Of a DNA stretch of 28,534 bases, positions 27,033 through 28,534 are shown piece by piece. Positions within the stretch are counted from its first letter, which is position 1. Every line of letters starts with the position of its first letter. The translations under genes were made by a program, and so were the position numbers. The notes under the pieces are model-generated. The model was given only the letters and a program-made list of their open reading frames with translations. It made no database searches and was not told the DNA's origin. Origin of the DNA: an uncultured Ignavibacteria bacterium. GTDB taxonomy: Bacteria > Zixibacteria > MSB-5A5 > UBA10806. The stretch lies in assembly GCA_964503405.1 (NCBI GenBank), contig CAZDAH010000006.1:14223-42756 (forward strand). The letters run 5' to 3'.

Positions 27033-27061
27033 ATCTTAACAGATGGCGTTCTGTTGGGCAA
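27033..27061 (-). promoter_or_regulatory. Candidate sigma70 promoter giving a leaderless transcript
   Basis: TTGCCC-N17-TAAGAT with extended TG; the -10 ends 6 nt before the ATG at 27026; no SD sequence. Confidence 0.45.
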
Positions 27062-27115
27062 GGGAAAAAAGAGGGATAGCGGAAACCGCGCGCTTTCGAT
27101 CAGCCTGCCGAACCG

Positions 27116-28534
27116 TTAATTGAACAGAGGGGCAAGCACGAGGGAGACAATGGCCATGAGCTTTATCAGGATATTCATTGAGGGCCCGGAAGTGTCCTTG
27201 AAAGGATCCCCAACGGTATCGCCCACAACGGCCGCTTTGTGAGCGTCAGAGCCCTTGCCGCCGTGCGCACCCCCCTCGATATACTTCTTGGCATTGTCCC
27301 ATGCTCCGCCGCCGTTGGCCATCATGAGAGCCAACATGACCCCGGTGAGTGTCGCTCCGGCCAGCAGCCCGCCGAGGGCCTCTTTTCCGAGAACATATCC
27401 GACAAGAATGGGGGCTATTACCGCGAGAAGCCCGGGAACGATCATCTCCTTGATTGCCGAGGCCGCGGCTATGGCCACGCAGCGATCCGAATCGGGCTTG
27501 GCCGTGCCCTCCATGAGGCCGGCGATCTCTTTGAATTGACGGCGGACTTCCTTGACCATGGAAAAAGCCGCCTTGCCGACCGCGGTCATGGTCAGGGCCG
27601 CCACGAGAAACGGCAACAGACCTCCGAGCAGCAACCCGATGACGACTTTCGAGTTTACCAGGTTAATGCTGTCGAGACCGACAGCCGCCGTATAAGCTGA
27701 AAAGAGGGCCAGGGCTGTGAGAGCGGCCGAGCCGATGGCAAAACCCTTGCCGATAGCCGCGGTAGTGTTGCCTAATGAATCGAGCCTGTCGGTAATTTTG
27801 CGAACGTCGGGACCGAGAGCGGACATTTCCGATATGCCGCCGGCGTTATCGGCGATAGGGCCGTAAGCGTCGACCGACATGGTCACCCCGATCGTGGCCA
27901 GCATGCCAACCGCGGCGATACCGATACCATACAGACCCATGGTGAAGCTATGGCTTTCAGCGTAACCGGTCTGGTAGGCGACATAAATCGCGATACATAT
28001 CACGATAACGGGTAAAGCGACCGATTCCATTCCCACCGCCAGACCGGTGATAATATTGGTGGCCGGGCCCGTTTCGGATGCCTGGGCGATGTTTTTGATC
28101 GGCTTACCCGACGTGTAGTATTCGGTCAGCAGGCCCAACGCTATGCCGGCTATGGAGCCGGCCAGAACGGCCCAAAACACGCCGATATCGACTTTCAGCC
28201 AGCCGGTAAGAATGTAGGTGGCTATCAACATGACAATTGCGCCTACGTAAGTGACGATTCTAAGAGTGGCCGCGGGGTTCATGGAAGAGAATATCTTGAC
28301 CGACATGATGCCCAGCATGGAAGCCACAATTCCTACCGTGGCAATCATGAGCGGCATAGCGACGTATCCCAGGTAAGTCGCTCCGAGATCGACAGCGATA
28401 GCCACGCCCAGCACTACTGATGCCACAATCGATCCAACGTACGATTCGAACAGGTCGGCGCCCATCCCGGCAACGTCGCCGACATTGTCGCCGACGTTAT
28501 CGGCAATGACGGCCGGGTTGCGGGGATCGTCTTC
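27116..28534 (-). CDS. hppA: Membrane-bound pyrophosphatase, K+-dependent, probably Na+-translocating; 5'-truncated by the window
   Basis: The frame is open to the window edge: [81 protein letters not shown]. Confidence 0.96.
   Translation of the reverse strand, partial: EDDPRNPAVIADNVGDNVGDVAGMGADLFESYVGSIVASVVLGVAIAVDLGATYLGYVAMPLMIATVGIVASMLGIMSVKIFSSMNPAATLRIVTYVGAIVMLIATYILTGWLKVDIGVFWAVLAGSIAGIALGLLTEYYTSGKPIKNIAQASETGPATNIITGLAVGMESVALPVIVICIAIYVAYQTGYAESHSFTMGLYGIGIAAVGMLATIGVTMSVDAYGPIADNAGGISEMSALGPDVRKITDRLDSLGNTTAAIGKGFAIGSAALTALALFSAYTAAVGLDSINLVNSKVVIGLLLGGLLPFLVAALTMTAVGKAAFSMVKEVRRQFKEIAGLMEGTAKPDSDRCVAIAAASAIKEMIVPGLLAVIAPILVGYVLGKEALGGLLAGATLTGVMLALMMANGGGAWDNAKKYIEGGAHGGKGSDAHKAAVVGDTVGDPFKDTSGPSMNILIKLMAIVSLVLAPLFN

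Noticed and set aside
27062-27115. Terminator after hppA
   Set aside because: Only a 4 bp stem, separated from the U-run by 9 nt; too weak to support.

Overview
A 28.5 kb housekeeping-plus-envelope region of a diderm bacterium. Gene order and protein types (GWxTD pair, DUF4321, purB-psd-pssA-purS-purQ) suggest an FCB-like lineage such as Zixibacteria; this is inference, not a tested assignment. Nearly everything is on the minus strand. In window order: (1) a tightly overlapping run of 11 genes transcribed leftwards: ecfT-like, truA, transaldolase/fsa, purB, psd, pssA, purS, purQ, DUF4321, tatA and a hypothetical gene cut by the left edge; (2) a divergent MFS transporter; (3) an iron-uptake operon fur-feoB-(65 aa 8-Cys protein)-(DtxR/FeoA fusion) with three Fur-box-like sites; (4) guaB and a C4 zinc-ribbon gene behind tRNA-Ile2(CAU), tRNA-Val(CAC), a structured ~100 nt segment and an intrinsic terminator; (5) an ECF sigma factor with no adjacent anti-sigma, and a GAF-GAF-PP2C phosphatase; (6) two tandem GWxTD proteins; (7) a Yip1-TolC-MFP-ATPase-two-permease export operon; (8) a putative outer-membrane beta-barrel and the 3' part of a K+-dependent, probably Na+-pumping pyrophosphatase. 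No mobile element or CRISPR array was seen. Best leads: a shared ECF-type promoter motif (AAAC-N16/17-CGT) upstream of the exporter, the GWxTD pair and the sigma gene; the atypical Feo accessory proteins; and the attenuator-like RNA upstream of zinc-ribbon/guaB.
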